Translations under genes and position numbers: made by a program
NCBI RefSeq assembly: GCF_004010195.1
Contig: NC_057718.1
Span: forward strand, 49,439,239 to 49,503,238
From: Chiloscyllium plagiosum
Taxonomy: Eukaryota
Reading direction: 5' to 3'
DNA: 64,000 nucleotides
The notes under the pieces: generated by a model
The model's input: the letters and a program-made list of their open reading frames with translations, nothing else
Told to the model about the DNA's origin: nothing
Databases searched by the model: none
Part shown: in pieces, positions 37,878 through 51,085 of the stretch
How positions within the stretch are numbered: the first letter of the stretch is position 1
Layout of the letters: every line of letters begins with the position of its first letter

Positions 37878-39848
37878 GTCCTTGCTGAGATATTTGTATC
37901 ATTGCTAGCCACAGATGAGGTGCCAGAAGACTAGAGGTTGGCTAATGTAGTGCTACTATTTCAGAAAGGAAAAGGCAGGAAACTATTGATGGTGGGCAAG
38001 TTGTTTAGTGAATCCTGAGGGACAGGATTTTCATGTATTTGGAAAGGTGAGGACTGATCAGAGATAGTCAACATGACTTTGTGCGTGGGAAATTGTGTCT
38101 CACTAACTTGATTGAGTTTTTTTAAAGAAATAACAAAGAGGATTGATGAGTGCAGATATGATCTATATAGACTTCAGTAAGGCATTTGACAAGGTTCCTC
38201 GTGGTAGACTGGTTAGCAAAGTTAGACCACATGGAATACAGGGAGAATTAACCATCTGGATACAGAACTGGCACAAGACAAGGTAGAAGACAGAGGGTGG
38301 TTGTGGAGGGCTGCTTTTCAGACTGGAGGCCTATGACCAGTGGTGTGCCACAAAGATCGGTGCTTTTCATCATTTATATGAATGATTTGGATGTAAATAG
38401 AGTCATAGTCATAGAGATGTACAGCATGGAAACAGACCCTTCGGTCCAACCCGTCCATGCCAACCAGATATCCCAACCCAATCTAGTCCCGCCTGCCAAC
38501 ACCCGGCCCATATCCCTCCAAACCCTTCCTATTCATACACCCATCCAAATGCCTTTTAAATGTTGCAATTTTACCAGCCTCCATCACTTCCTCTGGCTGC
38601 GCATTCCATACCCGTACTACCCTCTGTGTGAAAAGGTTGCCCCTTAGGTCCCTTTTATATCTTTCCCTAAGCCTATGCCCTCCAGTTCTGGACTCCTCGA
38701 CCCAGTCTGAAAAACAACCCTCCACCACCACCTTTCAGCCAGTTCTGTATCCAAATGGCTAGTTCTCCCTGTATTCCATGAAATCTAACCTTGCTAATCA
38801 GTCTCCCATGGGGAACCTTGTCGAACGCCTTAATAAAGTCCATATAGATCACATCTACCGCTCTGCCCTCATCAATCCTCTTTGTGACTTCTTAAAAAAA
38901 ACTCAATCAAGTTTGTGAGACATGATTTCCCACGCACAAAAGCCATGTTGACTATCCCTAATCAGTCCTTGTCTTTGCAGTGGACAGCGAAAAAGGTTAC
39001 CTCAGAATGTAATGGGATCTTGATCAGATGGGCCAATGGGCCAAGGTGTGGAAGGTGGAGTTTAATTTAGATAAATGTGAGGTGCTGCATTTTGGAAAGG
39101 CACATCAGGGCAGGATTTATACACGTAATAGTAAGGTCTTGGGAGTGTTGCTGAACAAGGAGACTTTGGAGTGCAGTTTCATAGTTCCTTGAAAACAGGT
39201 AGACTCACAGGTAGATAGGATAGTGAAGAAGGCGTTTGGTACGCTTTCTTTTATTGGTCAGTACATTGAATATAGGAGTTGGGAGCTCATGTTGCATCTG
39301 TACAGGTCAATGTTGAGGCTACCTTTGTAATACTGTGAACCATTATGACCTCTCTGCTATAGAAAGGATGTTGTGATACTTGAAAGGGTTCAGAAAAGAT
39401 TTACAAGGATGTTGCCAGGGTTGGAGGGTTTGAGCTATAGGCAGAGGCAGAATAGACTGGGACTATTTTCCATGGAGTGTTGGTGACTGAGGGGTGACCT
39501 TATAGAGGTTTATAAAATCATGAGGGACATGGATACAATAAATAGACAAAGTCTTTTCCTTGGGATTGGGGAATCCAAAACTAGAGGACGCAGGTTTAAG
39601 GTGAGAAGGGAAAGATTTAAAAGGGATCAGAGGGGCAACATTTTCATGCAGAGAGTGGTGTGTGTATGGATTGAGCTGCCAGTGGTGGAGGCTAGTACAA
39701 GTAAGACATTTAAAAGACATCTGAATGGGTATATGAATAGCAAGAGTTTAGAAGGATATGGGCCAAATGCTGACAAAAGAGACTAGATTTATTTAGGATA
39801 TCTGGTCAGCGCAGATGAACTGTACAACTCTATGACTCTATGACTCTA
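37878..39848 (+). mobile_element. HER1/CR1 LINE, RT to 3' tail, interrupted at 38398-38976
   Basis: YIDFSKAFDKV and WRPMTSGVPQ; resumes at 38977; tail (ctatgact)n. Confidence 0.93.
38398..38976 (-). mobile_element. Nested, antisense, internally deleted HER1/CR1 copy
   Basis: 38398-38700 is a reverse 3' end, 38701-38976 is a reverse RT segment; ORF 38483-38731 shows the fusion VVEGCFSDW|VEESRTGGH. Confidence 0.9.
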
Positions 39849-40229
39849 AGATGCACTGCAGAATTCAAACAAAGATCCTTAAAGTCTTGCCAAATTAAAG
39901 AGAGTGTTGCAAATCAAAGAAGTAATCTTTTCAAGGGTCTTCATATCCAAAGTTGATGAGTACTTTTAATGAAAGCTAAATTTGATAACATTGTCACATT
40001 CTTCCATAGACAAAGTGCAGAACAAATGGCTTCAACAGTAATTTACTTTTATACTTAGAATCAAACTACACTTAATGAAAAGGTATTGGGACTGTTGCTG
40101 AACAAGGAGACTTTGGAGTACAGATTCACTACAGCAAAACTGCAGCAAAACAAAACAAGTTAGTCATCAACTGTTGTAGTTACTTAAAAATGCACAAGTT
40201 GTTCAATTAAAATTGAACATTAGACAGTA

Positions 40230-40880
40230 CCTTACAATACCATGACCACTTTCATCCAGAAGGACAAGGGAAGCAAATACCTGGGAACACCATCATCTGC
40301 AAACTCCCCTCCAAGCCACTCATCAACATGAGTTCAAAGTATATTGCTGTTCCTTCGCTGTCAGAATCATAGAATAGAATCTCTAAAGTGTGGAAACAGG
40401 CTCTTCAGCTCAACAAATCCACAGTGACCCTCTGAACAGTAACCCACACAGACCCATTTTTCTATCCTATGTTTACCCCTGACAAATGCTCCGAACTACA
40501 CATCCGTCAACACTATGGGTAACTTAACATGGCCAGTTCACCTAGCCTGCAAATCTTTGGATTGTGGGAGGAAACCGGAACACCAAGAGGAAACCCATGC
40601 AGGCATGGGGAGAATGTGCAAACTCAACACAGACAGTCACCTGAGGCTGGAATTGAACCCAGGTCACTGGCACTGTGAGACAGCAGTGCTGACCACTGAG
40701 CCACTGTGCTGCCCTTACTGAATCAAAATCCTGGATTTTCTCCCTAACAGCACTATCGGTCAATCTATAGCATATGGACTGCAGTTGTTTAAGAAGGCAG
40801 ATTACCAACACTTTCTCAATGGCAACTAGGACCAGGCAATAAATGCTGGCCAGCTAACAAAACCCAGGTCCCAAGAGTGA
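40230..40880 (+). mobile_element. CR1-group LINE family B 3' end, split by an HE1 SINE
   Basis: agaaggacaagggaagca...ttccttcgctgtc, then after the SINE tcaaaatcctgg...ggcaataaatgctggcc. Confidence 0.82.
40363..40715 (-). mobile_element. HE1-type SINE
   Basis: Reverse-complement homology to 23056-23370. Confidence 0.93.
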
Positions 40881-40919
40881 ACTCAACGGAAAGGTAGGAC
40901 ACGACAAAGTACTGAAGTT

Positions 40920-41535
40920 CAGAGTGTTCATGATGAATATAACCACAGATCCCTAAAAATGACAGGGCATGTAGATGAGCTGTTTAAGAAAGCACCTGGT
41001 ATACTTACTTTTATTCGCCAAGGCATAAAATATGAAAGCAAGGAGATTATGCTGAAACTGTTTAAAACATCTACTGCATGAAGTTCTGTTTGCCACATTT
41101 TAGGAAGGTTGTGATTGCATGAGGGAGGGGGCAGAGTAGATTTACTAGAATGCTGTCTGGGCTGATGGATCTGAGCAATATGGAAAGATAGGCTTAGACT
41201 GTTTTCCTTGGAACAGTGAAAGTTGAGAGGGATCCTGACAGAGGTGCATTAGACTATAAGAGTCAGAGGTAGGATGAGCAGGAAGTCACTTTCTCCATGA
41301 GTAGACAATTCAATAGCCATGGGACATTGATACAAGGTAACCTTGAAATCAGAGCCTGAAAGAGTGGTTGAGATAGAAGCTCCAAAAATATTTAAGCAGT
41401 ATTTAGATATTCTTCTGTGTTGCCTTGACTATGAGCTATGGGCCAAGACGTAGACTGATGTAGTCGAATGTTTGTAGACCAGTGTGGACACAATGGGCCA
41501 AATGGTCTCCTTTTGTGTTGTGAGCGTCTATGAGC
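40920..41535 (+). mobile_element. Old CR1 3' end
   Basis: gttctgtttgccacattttaggaagg...atgggccaaatggtctcctttt. Confidence 0.75.
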
Positions 41536-41561
41536 CTATGTTGGTGAGTGCTGTCCAAGAT

Positions 41562-41622
41562 TGAATGATTGATTGATTGACTTATTGTCACGTGTACCAA
41601 AGTACAGTGAAAAACTTTGTGA
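41562..41622 (-). mobile_element. Rex1/Babar-like extreme 3' tip with (TCAA)n tail
   Basis: ttattgtcacgtgtacc...agtgaaaa matches 54208-54240. Confidence 0.55.
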
Positions 41623-42711
41623 TGGAGAGCTGGAGGAGCAAGTGGCAATGTGCAATAGTCAGGTAACCACTCTGCCTTTCATGTTGGGTATTGCCATTAT
41701 TTAGCTTCCACCACCAGTTGGAAGAATGGAAAACTGCATGTGAATGAGGTGAGATTTAGTAATAATGCATGGAATTGGATCCAAATAGGCCTCTCACTAT
41801 TCACTAGTGAGATCTTTGTCTCACTGTTAAACATGAATCAGACATTTTGCTCTCAATTTTGGGAACCTGATTATTGCCGTTCTTATTCCATTTTCCCAAC
41901 ATTCTCACCAATGTTTCCGTCAGTCAGGGGTGAGGAAGGTACCATCCTTTCAAGTCTGAATGACATATCTCTGGAAATGAAGAGAGATAGAAATATGATA
42001 GTTGAGGAAGAGTGAGTGATCAGATAAAATAAAAAGGGAAGATTAGGGATAAATTAGAAAGCAGTTAAAATAAACATTCAAAGATCTGGAACAAAGACAA
42101 AGCAAAGTTAAATTTATAGGAGAGAGACAATATTATCAGCCAATAACAAATTTAAGGTTGGTTTAAATAAAATGCCCCACAATGAGATCTTTGTTGTGTG
42201 CCAACAGAATTACCCACATTTCATTCCATTTAAACAAAAGAATGCATGTCAATTTTTATTCCAGTTGGAAAGGAAACTGTGAGAGTATTCTGGAAAATCA
42301 TTTGGTTTAATCAATAAGAGAAACCATTGAAATGGGAATTAGAGGCAAAGTGCTTTTGTGTATCTCCTGTTTCTTGCAGTTATAGCTTTCTAACATTACA
42401 GGACATGAGATCAGTCAAGTCAATTCATTTGAAAGGTATGAAATATCATGGCCATTTCATTTCAAATTTATACAGTACACATTTTATTTGGAAGCTGTGG
42501 AAATAAGAGTTTTGGTGGTAATTCCGTGAATAGACAGATAGAAGTACCATAATTTATGGTTTTTAATAAGCGGGTGAATCAGGATTGAGAATAACTGGTG
42601 GTATGATTAGGATTACATTTGTGTTTTTAACGAAATGTTATAGATACAGATTACAAGAATTAAATTTTAATTAAACATGAAGGTATTCCAAATAAAAGTC
42701 AGATCAGAGAC

Positions 42712-42812
42712 AAGCTGTTAGCTCTGTTCTTCTCTCTCTACAGATGCTGCCAGAGTTGCTGAGTTTCTCCAGCATTTTATGTTTTTATTTGAGATTTCCA
42801 GCATCCACAATA
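42712..42812 (+). mobile_element. Penelope-derived terminal fragment (family C-like)
   Basis: Reverse-complement match to 52560-52650 (cagatgctgcc...gagtttctccagcatttt...gatttccagcatccaca). Confidence 0.7.
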
Positions 42813-43269
42813 TAGTACTGTTAAAATGAATTTCTCTCTCCATTTAAGACTAAAGTGTAATTGATTGGTCCGTAGAATTTTCTTCAGAGGAGAGCAGTAG
42901 AGGCTGGTCATTGAAGATATTTGAGGGTGAGTGACAAAGATCTTTGTCAAGAGAAAAATATCTGATTTGTGTTCAACGATGAGGCAAGAATCTCATTAGT
43001 GAACAGCGAGAGGCCTATTTGGAGACTTTAATCTCCCCAAGCAATGCTGCTGGTGTAGATGGAATGTTTTTCATAAGAGATTTTTTATTTACAATTTGAT
43101 ATACACATGCATTCTCTTCAGAGAAACTTCTGCCCTATTCCAACTCTCTCCACTTAATCATGCAACTCCAACATTGCTCCACATCATTGTCATCCTTATG
43201 TATATCCTGATTCTAATTTCAAAGTGCGGGAAGTACTTCTGGAATTTCTGTCATTCAGAATTGGGAAAA

Positions 43270-43575
43270 TTTATTATTGGGAAAATGTTGGAATCTATTA
43301 TATAGAATGTAAGAGAACAATTAGGCATACATTATAAAATTAAGCAGAGTCAACATGGCTTCTCAAAGAGGAAATCATTTCAAACAAATTTATTGCAGTT
43401 CTTTAAGGAGGTAAAATGTATGATAGATACAGGGAAATCAGTAGATGTAATATATTTGAATCTCCAAAAGCTGTTTGATAAGGTACGAGATATGTCAGCT
43501 TGGTAAAGGTTAGGGTTAATGTTAGGGTTAGAGTAAAGGTTAGGGGGCATCTTCAGGATGGGAATCTGTAATTAG
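43270..43575 (+). mobile_element. Old CR1 RT fragment
   Basis: GKMLESII, SQHGFSKRKS, VDVIYLNLQKLFDKV, then after a gap SGWESVIS. Confidence 0.82.
43504..43545 (+). repeat. Degenerate telomere-like hexamer array
   Basis: taaagg ttaggg ttaatg ttaggg ttagag taaagg ttaggg in exact 6-bp register. Confidence 0.7.
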
Positions 43576-44338
43576 TCAGAGAGTCATAGAAATGTACAGC
43601 ATGGAAACAGACCCCTCAGTCCAACCTGTCCATGCTGACCAGATATTCCAACCCAATCTCGTCCCATGTGCAAGCACCTGGCCCATATCCCTCCAAACCC
43701 TTCCTATTGATATACCCATCCAAATGCCTCTTAAATGTTGCAATTGTACCGGCCTCCACCACTTCTTCCGGCAGCTCATTCCACACATGTACACCCGTTG
43801 TGCGAAAAAGTTGCCCCTTAGGTCTTTTATCTTTCCTCTCTCACCCTAAACCTATGCCCTCTAGTTCTGGACTCCCCAACTCCAGGGAAAAGACTTTGTC
43901 TGTTTATCCTATCCATGCCCCTCATAATTCTGTAAACCTCTATAAGGTCACCCCTCAGCCTTCAACGCTCCAGGGAAAACAGCCCCAGCCTGTTCAGCCT
44001 CTCCCTATGGCTCATATCCTCCAACCCTGGCAACATCCTTGTAAATCTTTTCTGAACATTTCCAAGTTTCACAACATCTTTCCAATAGGAAGGGGATCAA
44101 AATTGCACGCAATATTCCAACAGTGGCCTAACCAATGTCCTGTACAGCCGCAACATGACCTCCCAACTCCTGTACTCAATACTCTGACCACTAAAGGAAA
44201 GCATACCAAATGCCTTCTTCACTTCCATCTACCTGTGACTCCACTTTCAAGGAGCTATGAACCTGCACTCTAAGGTCTCTTTGTTCAGCAACACTCCCTA
44301 GGACTTTACCATTAAGTGTATTAGTCCTGCTAAGATTA
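43576..44338 (-). mobile_element. HER1/CR1 LINE 3' end
   Basis: High-identity reverse complement of about 34765-35530. Confidence 0.95.
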
Positions 44339-44851
44339 ATTCTAGGTATTAGTCTATGAAACATTCTCTTAACTGCTTCCATTGTATTTATTTCCTTTCT
44401 TAAATAAGGAGGACAATACTGTACACAGACCTCCAAATGATGTCTCATCAGTGCTCTGTATAACTGGTGCATAAACTCCCTATATTTGTATTTAATTACC
44501 CAAACAATAAGCATTAACAGTATTTTAGATGTCCTAATTATTTGCTATGCTTCTGTACTAGCCATTTACAATGCATGCAGTAGTTCAGCCATTCATCTTA
44601 GGGCCCTGCAATTTCTGACCATTACTCCTTTTTTATTTTTCTTATCAAAATGAACAATTCCACATTGTCACACGTTATACACCATTTGCTGACATTCACC
44701 AATTTATAGCTTATATATGAACACTTTGTAATTAATCTTCTATCTACCTTTATGCCAACAACAAATTTACCCACCATACATTTGGTCCATTCATTTACAA
44801 CTATTTATATAACTGCATAAAGTTGAGACTGCAGCATTGATCCTTGTGGCC
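44339..44851 (-). mobile_element. Old CR1 RT/C-terminal fragment
   Basis: Minus strand begins PQGSMLQSQL; ORF 44191-44514 contains LYRALMRHHLEVCVQYCPPYLRKE. Confidence 0.82.
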
Positions 44852-44877
44852 CATCATTCATTCTCTCTTGCCAGGAA

Positions 44878-45585
44878 GGAGTGGGTGTGCGGTTCCACAG
44901 ATCACTGGAGGTGGCAGCACAGGTAGATAACGTAGTAAAAAAGGCCTATGGCATTCTTGCCTTCATTGCAAGAGGCATTGAGGATAAGGATAAGTTATGT
45001 TGCAGCTTTATGGAACTTTAGTTAGGCCACAGTTGGAATATTGCATACAGTTCTGGTCACCACACGACCATATTGATGTGGATGCTTTGGAGAGGGCACA
45101 GAAAAGGTTTATCAGAATGTTTCGTGGTATGGAGGATTTTAGCTATGAGGAAAGTTGGATAGACTGGATTTATTTTCACTGGAATGCAGAAGGTTGAAGG
45201 GTGACCTATTAGAAATTTACAAGATTGCAAATGGCATGGATAGAGTGGAAAATATGAGGTTTTTTCCCAGGGTGGCGGGGTCAATTACTAAGGGACACAG
45301 TGTCAAGCTGCGAGGGGATAAGTTGAAAAGAGATGTGCAAGACATGTTTTTCACACAAAGGGTGGCAAGTGCCTGGAAAATGCTGCCAGCAGAATTGGTG
45401 GAAGCAGACACAATAGCAGCATTCAAGAAGCACCTGGATGAATATATGAATAGGAAGGGAATATGTAGAGGGATATGGATCCTGCAAGTGAAGACAGTTT
45501 TCGTATGAAAGGTCAAAATGTGTTGGTGCGGGCTTGGAGAGTCAAAGAGCCTGTTTTTGTGCTGTATCATTCTTTGTTCTTTGTT
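44878..45585 (+). mobile_element. CR1 LINE 3' end, (ttctttg)n tail subfamily
   Basis: LYGTLVRPQLEYCIQFWSPH and LFSLECRRLKGDL. Confidence 0.92.
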
Positions 45586-45601
45586 TATGCTTTCTCTTGC
45601 A

Positions 45602-45787
45602 GAGAGACCAGAATTGCACACATATTCTAAAAATTGGCCTAAAAATTGTCCTGTACAGCTGCAACATGACTTCCCAACTCCTATCCTCAAAACACTGACC
45701 AAAAAAAGCAAGCATACCAAATGTCTTCTTCACTATGCTATCAACTTGGGACTCCACTTTCAAGGAACTATGAACCTGCACTCCAAC
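45602..45787 (-). mobile_element. HER1/CR1 fragment
   Basis: GVQVHSSLKVESQVD...WEVMLQLYRT in ORF 45542-45883. Confidence 0.88.
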
Positions 45788-46653
45788 CACTCCATTACTC
45801 ATCCAACTGCCAGTACTCTGTTCAAAGTCAGACTCAGCTATTGCTAGAGTTGAAACCTGACTTGTATCCCATTGCAAAGACATGGTTACTAATGTAACCT
45901 GTCACATAGATTAGCAGAAATACATATTGTTGCCCAATTATGACAGTTTAACAGATACCTTTTGAAAACACGTCATCAGCAGTAATTAGATGCCACAGTT
46001 GCATAATAGCTAGAACACTGATAGCATATTGGATTATTTTAAATATGATTTTATATTCATCCTGAATGTAATGACACATGCCTGGAGCTCTGTTCTTTGG
46101 GCTTAATGCATCACCTAAGTGTCTATTGCTAATATTTAAACTTTAGCAAATACAGTCACTGAGCCATTTGACAGTAAGAAGGTTCATAATCAAGACTAAT
46201 TTTATCTTCATCTGAAGCCTGATACATCCACTACCAGCTCAAAGCCTGTGGCTGATTTTCCCATTCCCAGGTTCATAGGCACCAAAGTGCATTGTAGCAA
46301 AGTACTTGCATGCTGGCTGTAGAAATCAGAAATCTAAGTTAGGGTTCATCTAAACTCCATGGCTAAGCAGCGGATCACATTTTACTGAAATCACCCACTG
46401 AAATATGAGGGAAGCTACATAGGCTTTACTTAGAAAAGAAATTAATTTTGATTGGTCTCACACAGCTCATTTTAAGATCAAAACTGTCCTAACATTCTCT
46501 ATACATCCAGCACTTTATGTTAAGTGAACATTTGACAGGGCCAATTCCACAATACACTACCTATTTAGATAAAGGATAAACCTCCAGGAATAAGTAACAT
46601 GACAGCAGTCAGCCATTTCTTACAATGCTTTTGACAGAGTACACAAATAAATT

Positions 46654-47908
46654 GTCAGAATGGCTTTGTGAGGGGCAGGTCCTGTCTCACAAGCCTTATT
46701 GAATTCTTTGAGGATGTGACAAAGCACATTGATGAAGGTAGAGCAGTGGATGTGGTATAAATGGATTTTAGCAAGGCATTTGATAAGGTTCCCCATGGTA
46801 GACTCATTCAAAAAGTAATGAGGTATGGAATAGAGGGAAATTTGACTGGCCCATGGAAGACAGAGGGTGGTAGAAGATGTAAAGTATTCAGCCTGGAGCT
46901 TGGTGAGCAGTTGTGTTCTGCAAGGATCTGTTCTGGGACCTCTGCTCTTTGAGATTTTTATGAATGACTTGGATGAGGAAGTGGAAGGGTGGGTTATTAG
47001 GTTTGCCAATGACACAAAGGTTGGCAGAGTTGTGGATGGTGTGGAAGGCTGTTGTAGGTTGTAACAGGACACTGACAGGATGCAGAGCTGGGTTGAGAAG
47101 TGGAAGATGGAGTTCAACCTGGAAAAGTGTGAAGCAATTCAGTTTGGAAGGTCAAACTTTAATGCAGATTACAGGGTTAAAGGCAGGATTCATGGCAGTG
47201 TGGGGGAACAGAGTGATCTTGGGGTCCACGTCCATAGATCCCTCACAGTTGCCACCCAAATTGACAGGGTTGTTTAGAAAGTGTATGGTGTATTGGCTTT
47301 CATTAGCAGAGGGATTGGGTTCAAGAGGTGCAAGGTTATGCTGCAGCTCAATAAAGGCCTGGTTAGACCATACTTGGAATATTGTGTTCCGTTTTGGTCA
47401 CCTCATTATAGGAAGGATGTGGAAGCTTTAGAGAGAGTGCAGAGAAGATTTACCAAGATGCTGCCTGGACTGCAGGGCATGCCTTATGAAGTAAGGTTGA
47501 GAAAGCTTGGGCTTTTCTCATTGGAATGAAGAAGGATGAGAGGTGACTTGATAGAGGTGTACAAGATGATGAGGCATAGATAGAATGAATAGCCAGAGAC
47601 TTTTTCATAGGGCAGAAATGGTTATCATGAGGGGGAATAATTTTAAGGTGATTGGAGGAAGGTTTAGGGGAGATGTCAGAGGTAGGTTCTTTACACAGAG
47701 TGGTGGGTGCGTAGAATGCACTGCCAGCAGTGGCAGTGGAGTCAGATACATTAGGGATATTTTAGCGACTCTTGGATAAGCACATGAATGGTAGTAAACT
47801 GAAGGGCATGTAGGTTAGTCTGATCTTAGAATAGGATAAAAGGTCAGCACAACATCGAGGGCTGAAGTATCTGTAATGTGTTGTACTATTCTGGCTCTAT
47901 GTTCTATG
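46654..47908 (+). mobile_element. CR1 LINE, RT to 3' tail
   Basis: MDFSKAFDKVPH, QGSVLGPLLF, FAND and RPYLEYCVPFWSPHYRKD; tail ctatgttctatg. Confidence 0.95.
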
Positions 47909-48048
47909 ACGTGTTTAACTCAGACAGGGGTTGACAATTCAACCTAAGTTGGCAAAAAGCTATGCAATGCTCTCGGCACTGTGACAAAGGCTTCTTATTT
48001 CTGATCCTTACCTTTCTGTTCCTGGTCATTGAAGTCTTCATTGGGAGA

Positions 48049-48428
48049 TGGGAGAGATTGTGGCATAATGATAAAACACTGGACTAGTAACCGTGAGGTC
48101 CAGGCCAATGCCCTGGGAAACCAGGTATGAATTCCACCACAAAAGGTGTCAGAATTAGAATTCAGTTCATAAAATCTGGAACATAAAGCTAGTTGTGGTG
48201 ACCGTGAAACTACTATCAATTATCATCAAAAACTGATCTGGTTTACTATTGTTTTTGAGGGAAGGAAATTCACTCTCCACATCCGAGTGACCTGCAGCTT
48301 CAGGCACACAGCTATGTGATTGATACTTAAAATGCTTTCTGAAATGCTCTGGCAGCCACTTAGTTCAGGGCAACTAGGAATGGACAATCGCGTTGGTGAT
48401 GCCAACATCCATGCAAAAAATATAAAAA
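48049..48428 (+). mobile_element. tRNA-derived SINE family 2
   Basis: Forward homologue of 14343 and 34122; tail gggcaactaggaatggacaat. Confidence 0.75.
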
Positions 48429-49149
48429 AGAAACAACGGCTGCAAGTTTACGAATGATTGAGAAGATGAATTTGTCTAGATCCAATGCTGTGCTCACAAT
48501 TTGATCTGTGGTGCAGTAAAGGATTAAGCGCTTACCTCCAAGCATGCAACCTACGTCAGTTTTAATTTGGGTGACCATGATGTGCCACTTCACCTGCAGC
48601 TTGATTGGAAACTGGAAACACTCCATATCAAAACAACGAAGGAAAATCAATAAATGAAAACAAATAAGAAATCAAAGGAAACAAATCTAAATTTGGAAAA
48701 AAAACCCACAGATACCCCAAGGACTAGATAGGTACCAACCACTAATATTGATCAAAAGAGGCCCTACAGGCCAAGAATCAATATCTCATTAAATTTCAGT
48801 TCAGAAACCAAACCACAAGTCATTTCTGTTGAAATGTTTTCATCAGTTACTCCAGAATTATGTGACAGGCATACAAATAGCTGAGATTTTCTGCTGTTTT
48901 TGTACTGCTAAATCAGGGCAACTGGAAAGGGTGGAGCGACAATGGGTCAGAGATTTTTTCTGCTTGATCGCTCTCTGCCAAGCACTCAGCCACACACCAT
49001 CCTTGTTGCCCTCTATGTTTGCATCTTTGGACCTGGTAATGATAGGAGCATTTGCGTTATGTCTGATAATATACAGAGTGACAGATTGTAATGCTGTACA
49101 AGTCACAGATGTATATTTTCTGGGGCGTTTTCCACATTTTCGACAGCAT

Positions 49150-49520
49150 CATTTCCATTTATAATGTGCCTTTAACATTGCATAATCTCCATGCTGCTTC
49201 ACAAGAACATTGTCAAATAAAATTTGATGCCAAACCAAAAATGGAGGTTTTGGGACATGTGATCAAAACTTAAGGTTGCCTTAAAGGGGAAACAAAATAA
49301 AAAAGGAAGTACAAACTATGGCGTCACAGAGAGGATTAAAAGGAAATTGCAAAGTTTAAGAGTTAGTCAGCAGAAGGAATAACAGCTGAAAATGGATTTA
49401 AGCAAATGGGAGGTGCAAAAGTCACCAGAATTGGAGCTCACAGAGTTAGAGAAGGATGAGGTCATGGAGCAATTGGAAAATAAAGATGGGGATTTTTAAA
49501 TTGTGGTATTGCTGATCATA
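49150..49520 (-). mobile_element. Degraded L2-like LINE 3' end
   Basis: catttataatgtgcctttaac tail and blocks shared with 900-1420. Confidence 0.55.
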
Positions 49521-49545
49521 GCATTTTTACCATAGCAAAAGTAAC

Positions 49546-50484
49546 TGTAAAGAGATCTCTAGTCACCCTGAACGTCTGTTCCACTTGTGAAAGGTATACA
49601 GAAACTTTTTAATTTTAAAGGGTCACAAATTGCAGGTCATTCAGTTGCATATATCATGATCTTGTTTTCTGAAAGTTTTACAGCCAGTAGAGAAGTTATC
49701 AACAATATTCAGGTAACACGTGAAAGTTCCTTTCATTCTCCATGTCTCTTCCAGGTTATAGCAGTCTCCTGGAGGAAAGACTGTTGTCCAAGATTTTGAG
49801 TTTGGCCAAATAGCAAGGAATGCTGGGTACACTGGCCAAGTAAAACTCTGAAGTTACAAAACCTAGAAACTAGACAAAACTAGATGCTAACAGCAACTAG
49901 ATGCTAAAGACATTACAGAAAGGAATCATCCTGGTAACAGTCATCCTGGATCGACATATCTCATCAACTAAACAAAGAAAGGGTGCATATTAGCAACGAA
50001 GAATCAGACACTCAAGCTAACAGAACTTTTAATGATTAACAAAGTGTTCAAATCATCGGTGGCCATTAAGCAGGATCTCCTGATTGGTTAAAGCCAGAAA
50101 AATGTCCAGAAGCTGGGGAAAAGATAGGACTTACCTGTAGATTGGGAAGCGACCTTCTGAAGAGACTGGCATGGCAAAAGGTAGTGACCAGCTGACTGTT
50201 CAGAGACGGAGACAGAAAGAGAGAGAAAGAGAAATCAGCTTCGCAGTCCCATACATAGAAACAACCAGAGAAAGAGAGAGCGACTGTGTATCTCTACAAG
50301 AGACTTGGGAACTATTGTTAGTTTAAGGTGCTGAATAAGATAGAAATAGTATGTATATTGTTAAAGGCTATCATAACTTATTTCCAAATAAAGTTCAGAC
50401 CATTTACATTAGTACCAGCTTGTGTTCATAATGATTTGATATCTTCATTATTTGTGGGACACCTGAGTAAATTCATTCATAACA
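49546..50484 (+). mobile_element. Possible solo LTR
   Basis: Starts tgtaa, ends taaca, AATAAA near 50386; no TSD found. Confidence 0.3.
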
Positions 50485-50809
50485 TGGAGTTATCTAACTA
50501 GGAGCACGGGTGTTACATGTGCAGAGAAGACTGTATGTGTGCAGAGCAGTTGGATCATGATGGCATTCAGCATGTAAATGTAACCCCATGACTGGCCATT
50601 TTTAACTTCACCATTCCCATGTATGCCCTCCCTTAAAACTAAAATTCAGCAGCATTAGAGACAACCCCTCATCAACCAATCGCAGCATTGTGTTTAAAGG
50701 CATCATCATTCAACTTCCATCTAGTCATGTATTGTCTTCTACTGGATCTTCCTGAATTTTTGGTAGTTTTAAGCAGATATGGTAGCTTTGGTTGTGGTTG
50801 AAAAGCCAA

Positions 50810-50990
50810 CAATGGTTGCCCATTCCTAATTGCTTTCGAGAACATGGTGGTGAGCTGGATTCTGGAAACACTGCAATCTATCTGAAGTGGTTACACCTAC
50901 AGGACTGTTGGGAAGGGAGTTGCAGGGTTTTGATCATTCAACAGCGAATGAATGGTGAGATAGTTCCCAGTTAGGATGCTGTGTGGTCAT
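50810..50990 (-). mobile_element. CR1-group LINE family B 3' fragment
   Basis: ttgcccattcctaattgc...ggtggtgagctg matches 17160-17330. Confidence 0.65.
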
Positions 50991-51085
50991 TGAACATTCT
51001 CACTTCTAAGTTTACTCTGAGCGAGGGCATTGATGAAGCAGCCGAAGATGGTTGGGCCTAGGAAAGTACTCGGAAGAATGAAGAC

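Noticed and set aside
43632..44273. Longest ORF (213 aa)
   Set aside because: It is the antisense frame of a HER1/CR1 3' end; similar peptides recur at other copies
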